From: Candidatus Microgenomatus auricola
GTDB taxonomy: Bacteria; Patescibacteriota; Patescibacteriia; SBBC01
Reading direction: 5' to 3'
Assembly (NCBI GenBank): GCA_005239865.1
Contig: SBBC01000013.1
Location: forward strand, 36,759-100,758
DNA: 64,000 nucleotides
The notes under the pieces are model-generated. The model did not search any database. It was not told the origin of the DNA and saw nothing but the letters and a program-made list of their open reading frames with translations. The position numbers were made by a program, and so were the translations under genes. This document shows, in pieces, positions 46,919-56,372 of this stretch (position 1 is its first letter; each line of letters opens with the position of its first letter).

Positions 46919-46947
46919 TTGACAGTCGTGAGAAAACGTCCTATGCT
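46919..46947 (+). promoter_or_regulatory. greA promoter
   Basis: TTGACA-17 bp-TATGCT. Confidence 0.8.
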
Positions 46948-46999
46948 ACCTCCTGGTCACTACGCTGACCGCCAATTTACGCATTGAGGGAGCTCCACC

Positions 47000-47464
47000 A
47001 TGACCGAGCGACAAACTTTTATCACCGCCGACGGTTTAGAAAAACTGACTGAAGAATTGAAGCAGCTGAAGACTGTCAAACGGCGCGAAATCGCACAACG
47101 TATTCAAGAAGCCAAGGAGCTCGGCGACCTCTCGGAAAACGCCGAATACGTCGAAGCCAAAAACGAACAGGCCTTCGTCGAGGGTCGAATTGCCGAGCTC
47201 GAAGCGATCGTCAAAAACGCCGTCATCATTCAATCAGAAAAGAACTCCGAAATGGTGCGTGTCGGATCGAAAGTCAGGGTCAAAGCCGAAGGCAAGACTG
47301 AATCGTACTCGATCGTCGGTTCGAACGAAGCAGATCCAAAAAACGGGCGGATTTCCAACGAGTCACCGCTCGGTCAAGCGTTCCTCGGAAGACGCATCGG
47401 CGAGACCGTCGAGGTGAGCGTGCCAAGCGGAAAACGACTGTTCCGCATCCTGGCGATCACCTAA
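47000..47464 (+). CDS. greA: Transcription elongation factor GreA
   Basis: GDLSENAEY and IS.ESPLGQA. Confidence 0.97.
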   Translation: MTERQTFITADGLEKLTEELKQLKTVKRREIAQRIQEAKELGDLSENAEYVEAKNEQAFVEGRIAELEAIVKNAVIIQSEKNSEMVRVGSKVRVKAEGKTESYSIVGSNEADPKNGRISNESPLGQAFLGRRIGETVEVSVPSGKRLFRILAIT

Positions 47465-47603
47465 CGGTCCGCGCGGCCACAACTCATGCCCGGCTCAAGC
47501 CAAGAGTCCATTCGATAAGCTGGCATGACCTCGAGGCTGCCCGAAGCAACCGGAAGAGTTTTTTCGTTGGACGAAAACCGTTCGACCGGCTATACTACCT
47601 CCC

Positions 47604-49070
47604 ATGCGGCAGCGAAGCGATCAGGAGGAGGCGCGAAGAGAAAAACTCGAGCGCTACCGAACCGCCGGGAACGATCCGTACCCCGCCCGCAGCGGACAGA
47701 CGGTTCGTCTCGTCGACGTTCGTCAGCAGTTCGACAAACTGGTGCGATCATCGACCACCGTCAACGTCGCCGGTCGTATTCGCGCACTTCGCCTCCATGG
47801 CGGATCAATGTTCGTCGACCTGGATGACGGCAGCGGCAGCTTCCAGTGCTTTCTAACCAACGAACAGCTCGGATCATCCTATGCGGATCTGACGGCGGTT
47901 CTCGACCTCGGCGACTTTCTCGACGTCACTGGCGTGCCTTTCAAAACACAGAGGGGAGAAGCGACCATCCAAGCAGCAACCGCCCGTCTCATCGCCAAGT
48001 CGCTTCGCCCGCTGCCGGAAAAACGGCACGGTCTGGCCGACGTTGAACTCCGCTATCGTCATCGTGAGCTCGACCTGATTGCGAGTCAACGGAGCCGCGC
48101 GCTGCTCCAGCTCCGTGGGAAGCTGCTGGCCGCAGTCAGGGACGTCCTCCAGCAGGAACGATTTCTGGAGGTCGAAACCCCCGTCCTCCAACCAATCCCC
48201 GGCGGCGCCAATGCGAGACCATTCGTCACTCACCACCAAGCGCTCGACATCGACCTCTATCTCCGGATCGCTCCAGAACTCTATTTGAAACGTCTCATCA
48301 TCGGTGGGCTCGAACGTGTCTTCGAAATTGCTCGCTGCTTCCGCAACGAAGGGATAGATCATGAACACAACCCCGAATTCACGCAGGTCGAGATCTACGC
48401 TGCCTACGCCGACTACGCCTGGATGATGAAATTCACGGAACAGCTGCTCGTCAAAGTGACGAAGGCGGTCCTCGGCGCGACCACGCTCACGATCGGCGAT
48501 CACCAGGTCAAACTGACTCCGCCGTTTCCCCAGCAAACGTTCCGTCAAGCGATTAAGGAACAGACTGGCATCGACATCGAACAGCATCTCGAGGCGAAAT
48601 CGCTGGCCGCCATCGCGAAAAAGGCAGGGGCCAACGTAACGATCACCGATCATCGCCCGGCCATCCTGGATGAGCTCTACAAGACCTTTGTCCGACCGCA
48701 GCTCGTCGCGCCGACGTTCATCATCGATCACCCAGTTGAGCTCTCGCCGTTGGCAAAGAAAAAGGCGGATGATCCACGCTACGTGGAGCGCTTTCAGCTC
48801 ATCGTCGGCGGCACCGAACTAGCGAATGCCTTCTCCGAACTGAACGATCCCGACGATCAGCGACAGCGGTTCGTGGCCCAAGAAAAACTCCGCCAGACTG
48901 GAGACGAAGAAGCCCAGCGCATCGATGAAGAATTCCTGGAAGCGTTGGAGTACGGCATGCCACCGACGGCCGGTCTCGGTCTCGGCATTGATCGTTTGGT
49001 CATGCTGTTAGCCAACGAGCATTCCATTAAAGAGGTGATTGCCTTCCCCACCCTCAAACCGAAAGTATGA
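47604..49070 (+). CDS. lysS: Lysine--tRNA ligase (class II)
   Basis: EVETP.L..IPGGA.ARPF, LRIAPELYLK, FRNEG, HNPEF and YGMPPTAGLGLGIDR. Confidence 0.97.
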   Translation: MRQRSDQEEARREKLERYRTAGNDPYPARSGQTVRLVDVRQQFDKLVRSSTTVNVAGRIRALRLHGGSMFVDLDDGSGSFQCFLTNEQLGSSYADLTAVLDLGDFLDVTGVPFKTQRGEATIQAATARLIAKSLRPLPEKRHGLADVELRYRHRELDLIASQRSRALLQLRGKLLAAVRDVLQQERFLEVETPVLQPIPGGANARPFVTHHQALDIDLYLRIAPELYLKRLIIGGLERVFEIARCFRNEGIDHEHNPEFTQVEIYAAYADYAWMMKFTEQLLVKVTKAVLGATTLTIGDHQVKLTPPFPQQTFRQAIKEQTGIDIEQHLEAKSLAAIAKKAGANVTITDHRPAILDELYKTFVRPQLVAPTFIIDHPVELSPLAKKKADDPRYVERFQLIVGGTELANAFSELNDPDDQRQRFVAQEKLRQTGDEEAQRIDEEFLEALEYGMPPTAGLGLGIDRLVMLLANEHSIKEVIAFPTLKPKV

Positions 49071-49150
49071 TCCTGTTAGAGAGCCCGCCATTCATCCATT
49101 CTCAATGAAATGTTTATTACGAATGCTTTACAAGCTAACTCTCTAACGGG

Positions 49151-49702
49151 ATGACCCGCGCCGACGCCCTGGTAATTCTCGATGCGTACATCAAAAATCC
49201 CAACCTTAGAAAGCACATGCTGGCGGTCGAGGCCGCCATGCGGACCTACGCCGGGGTTTTCGGAGACAATCCCGAGGAGTGGGGGATCGTCGGGTTGCTC
49301 CATGACTTTGACTACGAAATCCACCCGACCATTGACGAACATCCCATGAAAGGCCAGCCCATCCTCGAACGGCGCGGCGTTCCTGCCCATATCCGGCGCG
49401 CGATCCTGGCTCACGCCAAGCATACCGGCGTGCTGCCGGAAACACCCATGGAGCGGGCGGTCTTCGCCTGCGATGAGCTCTGCGGTTTCATTATTGCCGT
49501 CGCCCTGGTCATGCCCAGCAAGCAACTGGCCGAAGTCACGGTCGAGAGCATCGAAAAGAAACTCAAACAGAAATCATTCGCGGCCAAAGTCAACCGCCAG
49601 GAAATTGAAGAGGGAATCAGCGTCTTGGGCATGCCGCGGACAGAGCATTTCCGCACCGTCCTTGAAGCGCTCCAGGGTATTCACGACGATCTCGGATTGT
49701 AA
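49151..49702 (+). CDS. HD-domain metal-dependent phosphohydrolase
   Basis: L.KH..AVE, GLLHDFDYE, HP..G, AILAH and ACDEL.G. Confidence 0.88.
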   Translation: MTRADALVILDAYIKNPNLRKHMLAVEAAMRTYAGVFGDNPEEWGIVGLLHDFDYEIHPTIDEHPMKGQPILERRGVPAHIRRAILAHAKHTGVLPETPMERAVFACDELCGFIIAVALVMPSKQLAEVTVESIEKKLKQKSFAAKVNRQEIEEGISVLGMPRTEHFRTVLEALQGIHDDLGL

Positions 49703-49705
49703 GCC

Positions 49706-50302
49706 ATGGCCAAGTTGCTGATTGCATCGAGAAACCCCGGTAAAATCAGAGAACTCAAAGCGGTCGTGTCGCGCTATGTCGATGAGGTAGTCACGCTCGA
49801 TGACCTGGGCGTGAGTGAGGAACCCGTTGAAGACGGTGAGACCTTCGAAGAAAACTCACTCATCAAGGCGAATTTCTACTGGCAGCGCGCACACATTCCG
49901 ACCCTAGCCGATGACAGCGGTCTCGAGATCGACGCCCTCCAGGGTCAGCCCGGAGTGCACTCGCGGGTCTGGCATGGTCAACGCCTGACCGATGAGGAAC
50001 TGCGGAATGAAATTCTCAAACTGCTCCAGGGCATTCCAGAACAAGAACGAACCGCCCGACTGCGAACAGTCGTCACACTCCGGATCAATCAAGACATGAA
50101 CTTTCAATCCGAACTCGCCCACCCAGGCATCATCCGTGACAGCCGCCTGCCGATTGACCCGGGGTACCCGTATCGTTCAATCTTCTGGCTACCTGAACTG
50201 AAAAAATTCTACTGCGAATTGACGCCAGAGGAGCACGAAAAAATCAATCATCGCCGAAAAGCCGTTGAAAAGCTCCTGCCCTATATTCAGCAATACGTAT
50301 GA
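49706..50302 (+). CDS. rdgB: Non-canonical purine NTP pyrophosphatase (Ham1/RdgB family)
   Basis: ASRNPGK..E, E.G.TFEEN..KA, ADDSGL.IDAL.G.PGV.S and K.NHR. Confidence 0.88.
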   Translation: MAKLLIASRNPGKIRELKAVVSRYVDEVVTLDDLGVSEEPVEDGETFEENSLIKANFYWQRAHIPTLADDSGLEIDALQGQPGVHSRVWHGQRLTDEELRNEILKLLQGIPEQERTARLRTVVTLRINQDMNFQSELAHPGIIRDSRLPIDPGYPYRSIFWLPELKKFYCELTPEEHEKINHRRKAVEKLLPYIQQYV

Positions 50303-51573
50303 TCGACGCTAAGGATTTCCAACAACGAACTGATTACTACATCCAAGCCATTGGCCGACGTGGCAAGAGGTTTGCTCGGGAAGCCCAGTCCCTGACCTCA
50401 CTCCTGTTACACCGTGATACCACCAAGCAACAAGAGTTAGAAAAACTCCGCGCCGAAATCAACACCGCCTCACGCCTGATCCCGACACTTCCGGCTGTTG
50501 AGAAAAAGAAAAAAATCTCCGAGTTGAAAAAAACTTCTGATCGGATTACTGCCCTTGAATCCGACGTCGTACAGGCTTCCAAAACCATCGACCTTCAGAT
50601 CCGAAATCTTCCGAACCCCCCAAAAGAAGACGTACCCGACGGTGATGACGCAAGCCACAATAAAGTATTGCGTGAGTGGGGAAAGAAATCAGATCTCAAA
50701 AAACCCCTCGATTATCTCACAGTCGCCGAGGACTTAGGAATCATCGACATCAAACGGGCAGCCAAAGTTTCGGGTTCACGCTTCGGCTACCTCCTCGGTC
50801 CAGCCGCTCAACTCGAGTTCGCACTGATTCAATATGCGCAATCAATCTTGCTGCGAGAAAATTTCACGATGGTGATACCACCGGTGATGATTACATCCCA
50901 GAACATGGCAGCCATGGGCTACCTCGCCGGCGCTGGAGGAAACGAGGTCTACCACCTCACCGAGGACGATCTCTATCTTGTCGGCACCTCGGAACAATCC
51001 ATTGGGCCTATGCACCGGGGTGAAACGTTTGACGAACAAGCATTACCAAAACGTTACCTTGGTTTTTCCACGTGTTTCCGCCGTGAGGCCGGCTCATACG
51101 GAAAAGACACCAAAGGCATTCTCCGCGTTCACCAATTCGACAAACTGGAAATGTTTTCGTTCGCGCTGCCGGAAAAATCTGACGAGGAACAGGAGTTCCT
51201 TCTGGCTATGCAGGAAAAGCTCTGGCAGGGACTCGATATCCCGTACCGTGTGGTCAAACTTTGCTCCGGCGACCTCGGTTTCCCCAGTGCCAGAACCTAC
51301 GATATCGAGGCCTGGCTCCCGGGACAGGGGGTATACCGTGAAATGGGATCAACGTCAACCACCACGGACTATCAGTCGCGCGAACTGGCCATTCGCGTGC
51401 AGCGCCAAGAGAAAAAAGAACTCGTTCACATGCTCAACGGCACAGCATTCGCCATCGGCCGCACACTCATCGCCATCATCGAAAATTACCAGCAAGCCGA
51501 CGGCTCTGTCGCCATTCCCAAAGTCCTCCAAACGTACCTCAATGGCCAAAGGGTGATTGCCAAGCCAGACTAG
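50299..51573 (+). CDS. serS: Serine--tRNA ligase
   Basis: AKVSGSRF, LVGTSE, CFRREAG, RVHQFDKLE, YD.E.W.P and LNGT..A..R. Confidence 0.97.
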   Translation: MIDAKDFQQRTDYYIQAIGRRGKRFAREAQSLTSLLLHRDTTKQQELEKLRAEINTASRLIPTLPAVEKKKKISELKKTSDRITALESDVVQASKTIDLQIRNLPNPPKEDVPDGDDASHNKVLREWGKKSDLKKPLDYLTVAEDLGIIDIKRAAKVSGSRFGYLLGPAAQLEFALIQYAQSILLRENFTMVIPPVMITSQNMAAMGYLAGAGGNEVYHLTEDDLYLVGTSEQSIGPMHRGETFDEQALPKRYLGFSTCFRREAGSYGKDTKGILRVHQFDKLEMFSFALPEKSDEEQEFLLAMQEKLWQGLDIPYRVVKLCSGDLGFPSARTYDIEAWLPGQGVYREMGSTSTTTDYQSRELAIRVQRQEKKELVHMLNGTAFAIGRTLIAIIENYQQADGSVAIPKVLQTYLNGQRVIAKPD

Positions 51574-51575
51574 CC

Positions 51576-52676
51576 ATGCCCAACCCGCAGCACCGCACCT
51601 GGGTCGAGGTTTCCCGTAGTGCTTTGCTGTGGAATTTTGGCCAATTTCAGCGCTTTTTCCGTCATCAAGCCCTAATTGCCCCAGTAGTAAAAGCGAATGC
51701 GTATGGGCACGGAGACCGCTGGGTCGTCCAAAACCTTCAGCAGAGCCCAATTTGGGGCTTTTGTGTGGCTTACGACACCGAGGCTCAAGAACTTCGGCCC
51801 AGCACTTCAAAGCCGATCCTCGTGCTAAGTGCCTGGCAAGAAGCCAATCTACCACAACTCATTCGCCAGGGTATTCGACTGGTGGTCTGGGATATTGACG
51901 CGGCCACAACCGTAGCCCGGGTGGCGCAGCGCCTTGGCCGCAAGGCGATTGTCCACCTGAAAATTGACACCGGCACCACCCGCATCGGCACCCGACCGGA
52001 AGAACTTCGTCAACTGCAAGCTCAACTCCACCGAGCCAGGCACCTTGTGGTCGAAGGGGTTTTCTCCCACTATGCAGATTCAGAAAACGAGCGGCTAACA
52101 TTTGCTCGACATCAACGGCAAACCTTTCTCGATCAGGCGGCTCGCTTCAAGGCGCCGTTCTCTCACCTCGCCTGCACCGCCGCCAGCTTACGACTGCCGC
52201 TGACTGGTACCAACCTCGTCCGGCTTGGCCTCGGGCTCTATGGTTTATGGCCATCGACGGCGACGAAAAAATTCAACCGCCTCATCATCCGTCCAGTCCT
52301 GTCGTGGAAAACGCGACTGTTGCAAACCAAGCGCGTCCCCGCTGGCACGACCGTTGGCTACGACCGCACCCACCGCGTCCGATCAGCCACGACCGTCGGC
52401 ATCCTGCCGATCGGCTACGCCGACGGGTACGACCGTCGCGGCTCCAACCGGAGTTTTGTCGTGATCGCGGGACGACGGTATCCGATCGTTGGCCGCGTCA
52501 GCATGAACCTCGTGATGGTCGACCTGGGACCACGAGCTCGCCCGCGCCCAGGAACCGCAGTCACGCTCATCGGGCAAGGCATCAGCGCCGATGACCTGGC
52601 GGCCGGCTGGAACACAATCAACTACGAGGTGGTGGCGCGGATTGACCGGCGTATTCCCCGCATTGCGATGCCCTAA
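51576..52676 (+). CDS. alr: Alanine racemase
   Basis: VVKANAYGHG, HLKIDTG, VGY, PIGYADG and TINYE. Confidence 0.94.
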   Translation: MPNPQHRTWVEVSRSALLWNFGQFQRFFRHQALIAPVVKANAYGHGDRWVVQNLQQSPIWGFCVAYDTEAQELRPSTSKPILVLSAWQEANLPQLIRQGIRLVVWDIDAATTVARVAQRLGRKAIVHLKIDTGTTRIGTRPEELRQLQAQLHRARHLVVEGVFSHYADSENERLTFARHQRQTFLDQAARFKAPFSHLACTAASLRLPLTGTNLVRLGLGLYGLWPSTATKKFNRLIIRPVLSWKTRLLQTKRVPAGTTVGYDRTHRVRSATTVGILPIGYADGYDRRGSNRSFVVIAGRRYPIVGRVSMNLVMVDLGPRARPRPGTAVTLIGQGISADDLAAGWNTINYEVVARIDRRIPRIAMP

Positions 52677-52693
52677 CGCGTGATGCGCCAACC

Positions 52694-53716
52694 ATGTTCA
52701 ACCCCTTTCGACTCATCTTCCGTCCACGATCAATCCGCCGTGACTTCGCTGGTTCGCCGAGCCGAGCGGCCAACCCTTTCTTTCGTGCTTCGCCGCCCCG
52801 TTGGTCGGGGTGGTTAGCCGCTTTCCTCCTGGCTCTGGTCGGCGCCAGTGCGTACATAATGTGGTCGCCGAAATTCCGTATCAGCGTGGTCAACGTCGAG
52901 GGAACCGAGAAACTGAACCCCGAGAGTATTCAGCGTTTCGTCACCGCCCGCCTCGATGAAACGTTTCTCGGAGTCACATGGAAGCGCGTCAGCTACCTCG
53001 TTCCGCTGACCGCGCTCACGAAAGAATTGCAGATGGCAATTACGAAACTCATGAGCGTTGAGACCCTCTCGATCGAACGGCAGGGACGGAATGCGCTGAT
53101 CGTTCGTTTGCAGGAACGATCGCCGAACCTGGTCTGGCAAAGCGGAGAGCAAACCTTCTATACGCTCGACGAAAACGGTGTGATCGTCGAGCGCCTCCAC
53201 GGCAATATCCCGGAGGGATTTCCCACCGTGGTTGATGCCAACGACCTCGTCCCGGTGATCGGATCGACCGTTCTCAAATCGCGAACGATTTCCGCCCTCT
53301 ACCTCCTGCGGGAACGGTTGCCGACTCTGGGTCTCGAGGTGGCGTCATACGCCACCTGGCCGGTCGAGTGCCCGGTTCGCCTGCCTGACCAACGCGAAAC
53401 ACCTACCAACGCGTCCGTGCCGACGAACAACGCCAACACAAACTCCGCGAACACCAACCGGCGAACGGAAAACGTGAACGCCCGAAAAAGCACTGTCGAT
53501 ATTGATACGCCGATATGCGATCGTCGGGCGCTCGCCATCAATGAACCGACCTTGGTCGTCCGGACGAGCGAGGGCTGGGATATTCGTTTTGATGCTTCCT
53601 TTGACCTTGAACTCCAAATGCAAAAACTCTCCCTGACGCTCAAGGAACGCCTCCAGCAACGAAAAAACCTCAAGTATATCGACGTCCGTTTCGGCGATCG
53701 CGTGTTTTTCCAGTAA
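52694..53716 (+). CDS. ftsQ: FtsQ/DivIB-like cell division protein
   Basis: Single TM, SP.F.I..V.V.G POTRA start, L.V...ER.P, LD..G and terminal YIDVRFGDRVF. Confidence 0.72.
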   Translation: MFNPFRLIFRPRSIRRDFAGSPSRAANPFFRASPPRWSGWLAAFLLALVGASAYIMWSPKFRISVVNVEGTEKLNPESIQRFVTARLDETFLGVTWKRVSYLVPLTALTKELQMAITKLMSVETLSIERQGRNALIVRLQERSPNLVWQSGEQTFYTLDENGVIVERLHGNIPEGFPTVVDANDLVPVIGSTVLKSRTISALYLLRERLPTLGLEVASYATWPVECPVRLPDQRETPTNASVPTNNANTNSANTNRRTENVNARKSTVDIDTPICDRRALAINEPTLVVRTSEGWDIRFDASFDLELQMQKLSLTLKERLQQRKNLKYIDVRFGDRVFFQ

Positions 53717-53723
53717 CCACCAG

Positions 53724-56312
53724 ATGACACAACCACCACCGACAGTTCCACTCTCGCACCAAACGGTGCAAACCCAGACACCGACCGATGTCCTGCGAGT
53801 CCTTGGCACGCCAGCCGACGGCCTCTCATCTGGACAGTCCACTGAACGACGACTCCGCGACGGTCCCAATATCATCCAGGAAAGAGAGCGGGGATGGATC
53901 GCGATTTTCTGCCGGCAGTTTGCCAGCCCGCTCATCGGACTCCTGGCGGCGGCTGGAATCGTCTCGTTCATCCTCGGCGAAACGACTGACGGTTTAACGA
54001 TCGTCCTCATCCTGATCATCAACGGTTTTCTGGGTTTCGTCCAGGAGTTCCGTTCGGCGCACTCGCTGCGTTCCCTCAAAAAATTTTTAAAAACGACGAC
54101 CGCGGTTCGACGAAGCGGTTCGATCAGGATCGTTCCGCGGGAAGAACTGGTGGTTGGCGATGTCGTTGTCATGAGAGCCGGTGATGAGGTACCGGCTGAC
54201 CTGCGCCTGATTGACGCGAGCGATTTCCGGAGTGATGAGTCAACGCTGACCGGTGAATCCACTGACGTCTTCAAGACCGCGAGCCCGCTCGACCGACCGG
54301 CGACCACACTGTACCAATGCCACAACCTCGTTTTTTCCGGCAGTACCGTCCGCCGCGGAGAAGGGGAGGGGATCGTCATCGCGACGGGCGGCCGGACCAT
54401 CCTCGGCTCGATCGCGCACCTGGTCGCCGAGACCCAACACGTCAGCACATTCGAAGCAAACCTCAAACGCTTTAGCCGATTCCTTCTCAACGTCGTGGCG
54501 GTCTCGCTCGGCTTGGTCGTCATCGTCAACCTCCTGACAAAAGGGGAGAGCGTCCACCTGACCGAGCAGCTCCTCTTCGCGCTGGCTTTAGCCGTCTCCG
54601 TCATTCCTGAAGCCCTACCGGCAGTCACAACGATTACCCTCTCCCGCGGAGCGTTGGAGTTAGCCCGGCGCCATGTCGTGGTAAAACGTCTAACCGCCAT
54701 CGAGGACCTGGGACAGATTGACATTCTGTGTACGGACAAAACCGGAACGTTGACGGAAAACGCGCCGGCCGTGGCCCAGCTGATCGCCGATGACCGGGGT
54801 GAGCTTGTCCACGCACTCCTGGAAGGAATTCCGCCGACGGTCCGGGCCGGCGGTCGCGAATCTGGCGACCCTTTCGACCACGCCCTGCTCGTCTTGGCCG
54901 GCCAGCAAGGACTCCCTTTACCGACCGCTGCGTTGTTGCGTGAAATACCGTTCGAACCAACCCGACGCCGTTCCGGGGTCATCGTCCGAAGGGCGCTTGG
55001 CCAGCGCCTGATTCTACGCGGAGCACCGGAGACGATTTTACCACTATGCACCCATGGCTTTGATCGGTTGACCCCGGCCACCCTGCTGAAGAAAACCGAA
55101 TCGCTCGGGAGAGTAGGGGAGCGCGTCATCGCCGTCGCGGTTCGTGACCTAGACGCGCCGATTTTCGAAAAGACGGCAACGCTCGAGCGCGACCTGACCT
55201 TCCTCGGACTGGTCTCATTTGTTGACCCATTGAAGCCGACCAGCCGGCGGGCGATCATCCAGGCCGAGCAACTCGGTGTGGAAGTAAAAATCGTCACCGG
55301 CGACAACCCGGCAGTGGCCGGTGCGGTTGCCCAGAAACTAGGGCTGATCCGCGCGCCCACCGAGGTCATCAGCGGCGACCACCTCGAACGGCTCTCACCA
55401 GCTGACTACGGCCAGGCAGCACGTCATTATCGAGTTTTCGCGCGCATGACGCCGGAGCAAAAATACCACCTCATCCGGACGCTCGAAAAGACGAACTCCG
55501 TCGGCTTCCTCGGTGAGGGAATGAATGACGCGCCGGCGTTGAAGCTCGCCTCGGTCTCGCTGGTCGTCAACACCGCCTCGGACGTCGCCCGTGGGGCGGC
55601 TGACATTGTCCTGCTCAATACCGGGCTGGACGTGATAGTTGAAGGCATTACTCAAGGACGCCTGATCTTCGCCAACGTTATCAAGTACATCAAGTACACG
55701 CTCATCGGCAACTTCGGAAATTTCTTCGCGATCGCCGGGATTTCCCTGATCGTTGATTTCTTGCCGATGCTGCCGGTCCAAATCCTGCTGACGAATCTCC
55801 TGACTGATTTCCCGCTGGTCGCGGTGGCAGGGGATCGAGTTGACCGCAGTGAACTCACCCGACCGCAGCACTTTCACCTGCGCGAACTCGGATTCTTGAC
55901 GTTGCTCCTCGGTTTAACAAGCGCCCTGTTCGACTTCATCTTCTTTGGCCTCTTCCGTTCACAGTCGCCGATCGTGATTCAATCGCTGTGGTTCACGGAA
56001 AGCATCTTAACCGAGCTTCTCCTGATCTATTCCATTCGCACGACCCTCCCGCTTGAACGCAGCCGGGGATCGTCACCCACCCTCATCTGGCTGACGCTCC
56101 TCGCTGGTCTGACTGCCATTGCTCTGCCGCTCACCCCGTTCGGATCACGAGTTTTTCACTTCGTGCCGCCGACCGCCAGCATGCTTTTCATCATCGGCGC
56201 CATCGTCGTCGCCTACTTTGTTGTTACCGAAAGTGTCAAACGTCTCTATTACCGCCGCTACCGATTCCACGCACAATCGAGGCGTATCAATAACACTGTT
56301 CTAGAGACATAA
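53724..56312 (+). CDS. Cation-transporting P-type ATPase (MgtA-like/type II-III)
   Basis: LTGES, PEALP, DKTGTLT, DP.K, TGDN and GEGMNDAPAL; about 10 TM segments. Confidence 0.92.
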   Translation: MTQPPPTVPLSHQTVQTQTPTDVLRVLGTPADGLSSGQSTERRLRDGPNIIQERERGWIAIFCRQFASPLIGLLAAAGIVSFILGETTDGLTIVLILIINGFLGFVQEFRSAHSLRSLKKFLKTTTAVRRSGSIRIVPREELVVGDVVVMRAGDEVPADLRLIDASDFRSDESTLTGESTDVFKTASPLDRPATTLYQCHNLVFSGSTVRRGEGEGIVIATGGRTILGSIAHLVAETQHVSTFEANLKRFSRFLLNVVAVSLGLVVIVNLLTKGESVHLTEQLLFALALAVSVIPEALPAVTTITLSRGALELARRHVVVKRLTAIEDLGQIDILCTDKTGTLTENAPAVAQLIADDRGELVHALLEGIPPTVRAGGRESGDPFDHALLVLAGQQGLPLPTAALLREIPFEPTRRRSGVIVRRALGQRLILRGAPETILPLCTHGFDRLTPATLLKKTESLGRVGERVIAVAVRDLDAPIFEKTATLERDLTFLGLVSFVDPLKPTSRRAIIQAEQLGVEVKIVTGDNPAVAGAVAQKLGLIRAPTEVISGDHLERLSPADYGQAARHYRVFARMTPEQKYHLIRTLEKTNSVGFLGEGMNDAPALKLASVSLVVNTASDVARGAADIVLLNTGLDVIVEGITQGRLIFANVIKYIKYTLIGNFGNFFAIAGISLIVDFLPMLPVQILLTNLLTDFPLVAVAGDRVDRSELTRPQHFHLRELGFLTLLLGLTSALFDFIFFGLFRSQSPIVIQSLWFTESILTELLLIYSIRTTLPLERSRGSSPTLIWLTLLAGLTAIALPLTPFGSRVFHFVPPTASMLFIIGAIVVAYFVVTESVKRLYYRRYRFHAQSRRINNTVLET

Positions 56313-56372
56313 AAGGTATATTGTGCGACACATTAATATCTCTAAAACAAGCTGGTTTCTATCCATCCCCCA

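Noticed and set aside
47465-47565. SRP RNA or tRNA
   Set aside because: No conserved SRP domain IV loop motif and no cloverleaf or T-arm consensus on either strand.
53345-55369. 674 aa minus-strand ORF
   Set aside because: Antisense shadow of the P-type ATPase; Ser/Arg-rich with no motifs, as expected from codon bias at high GC.
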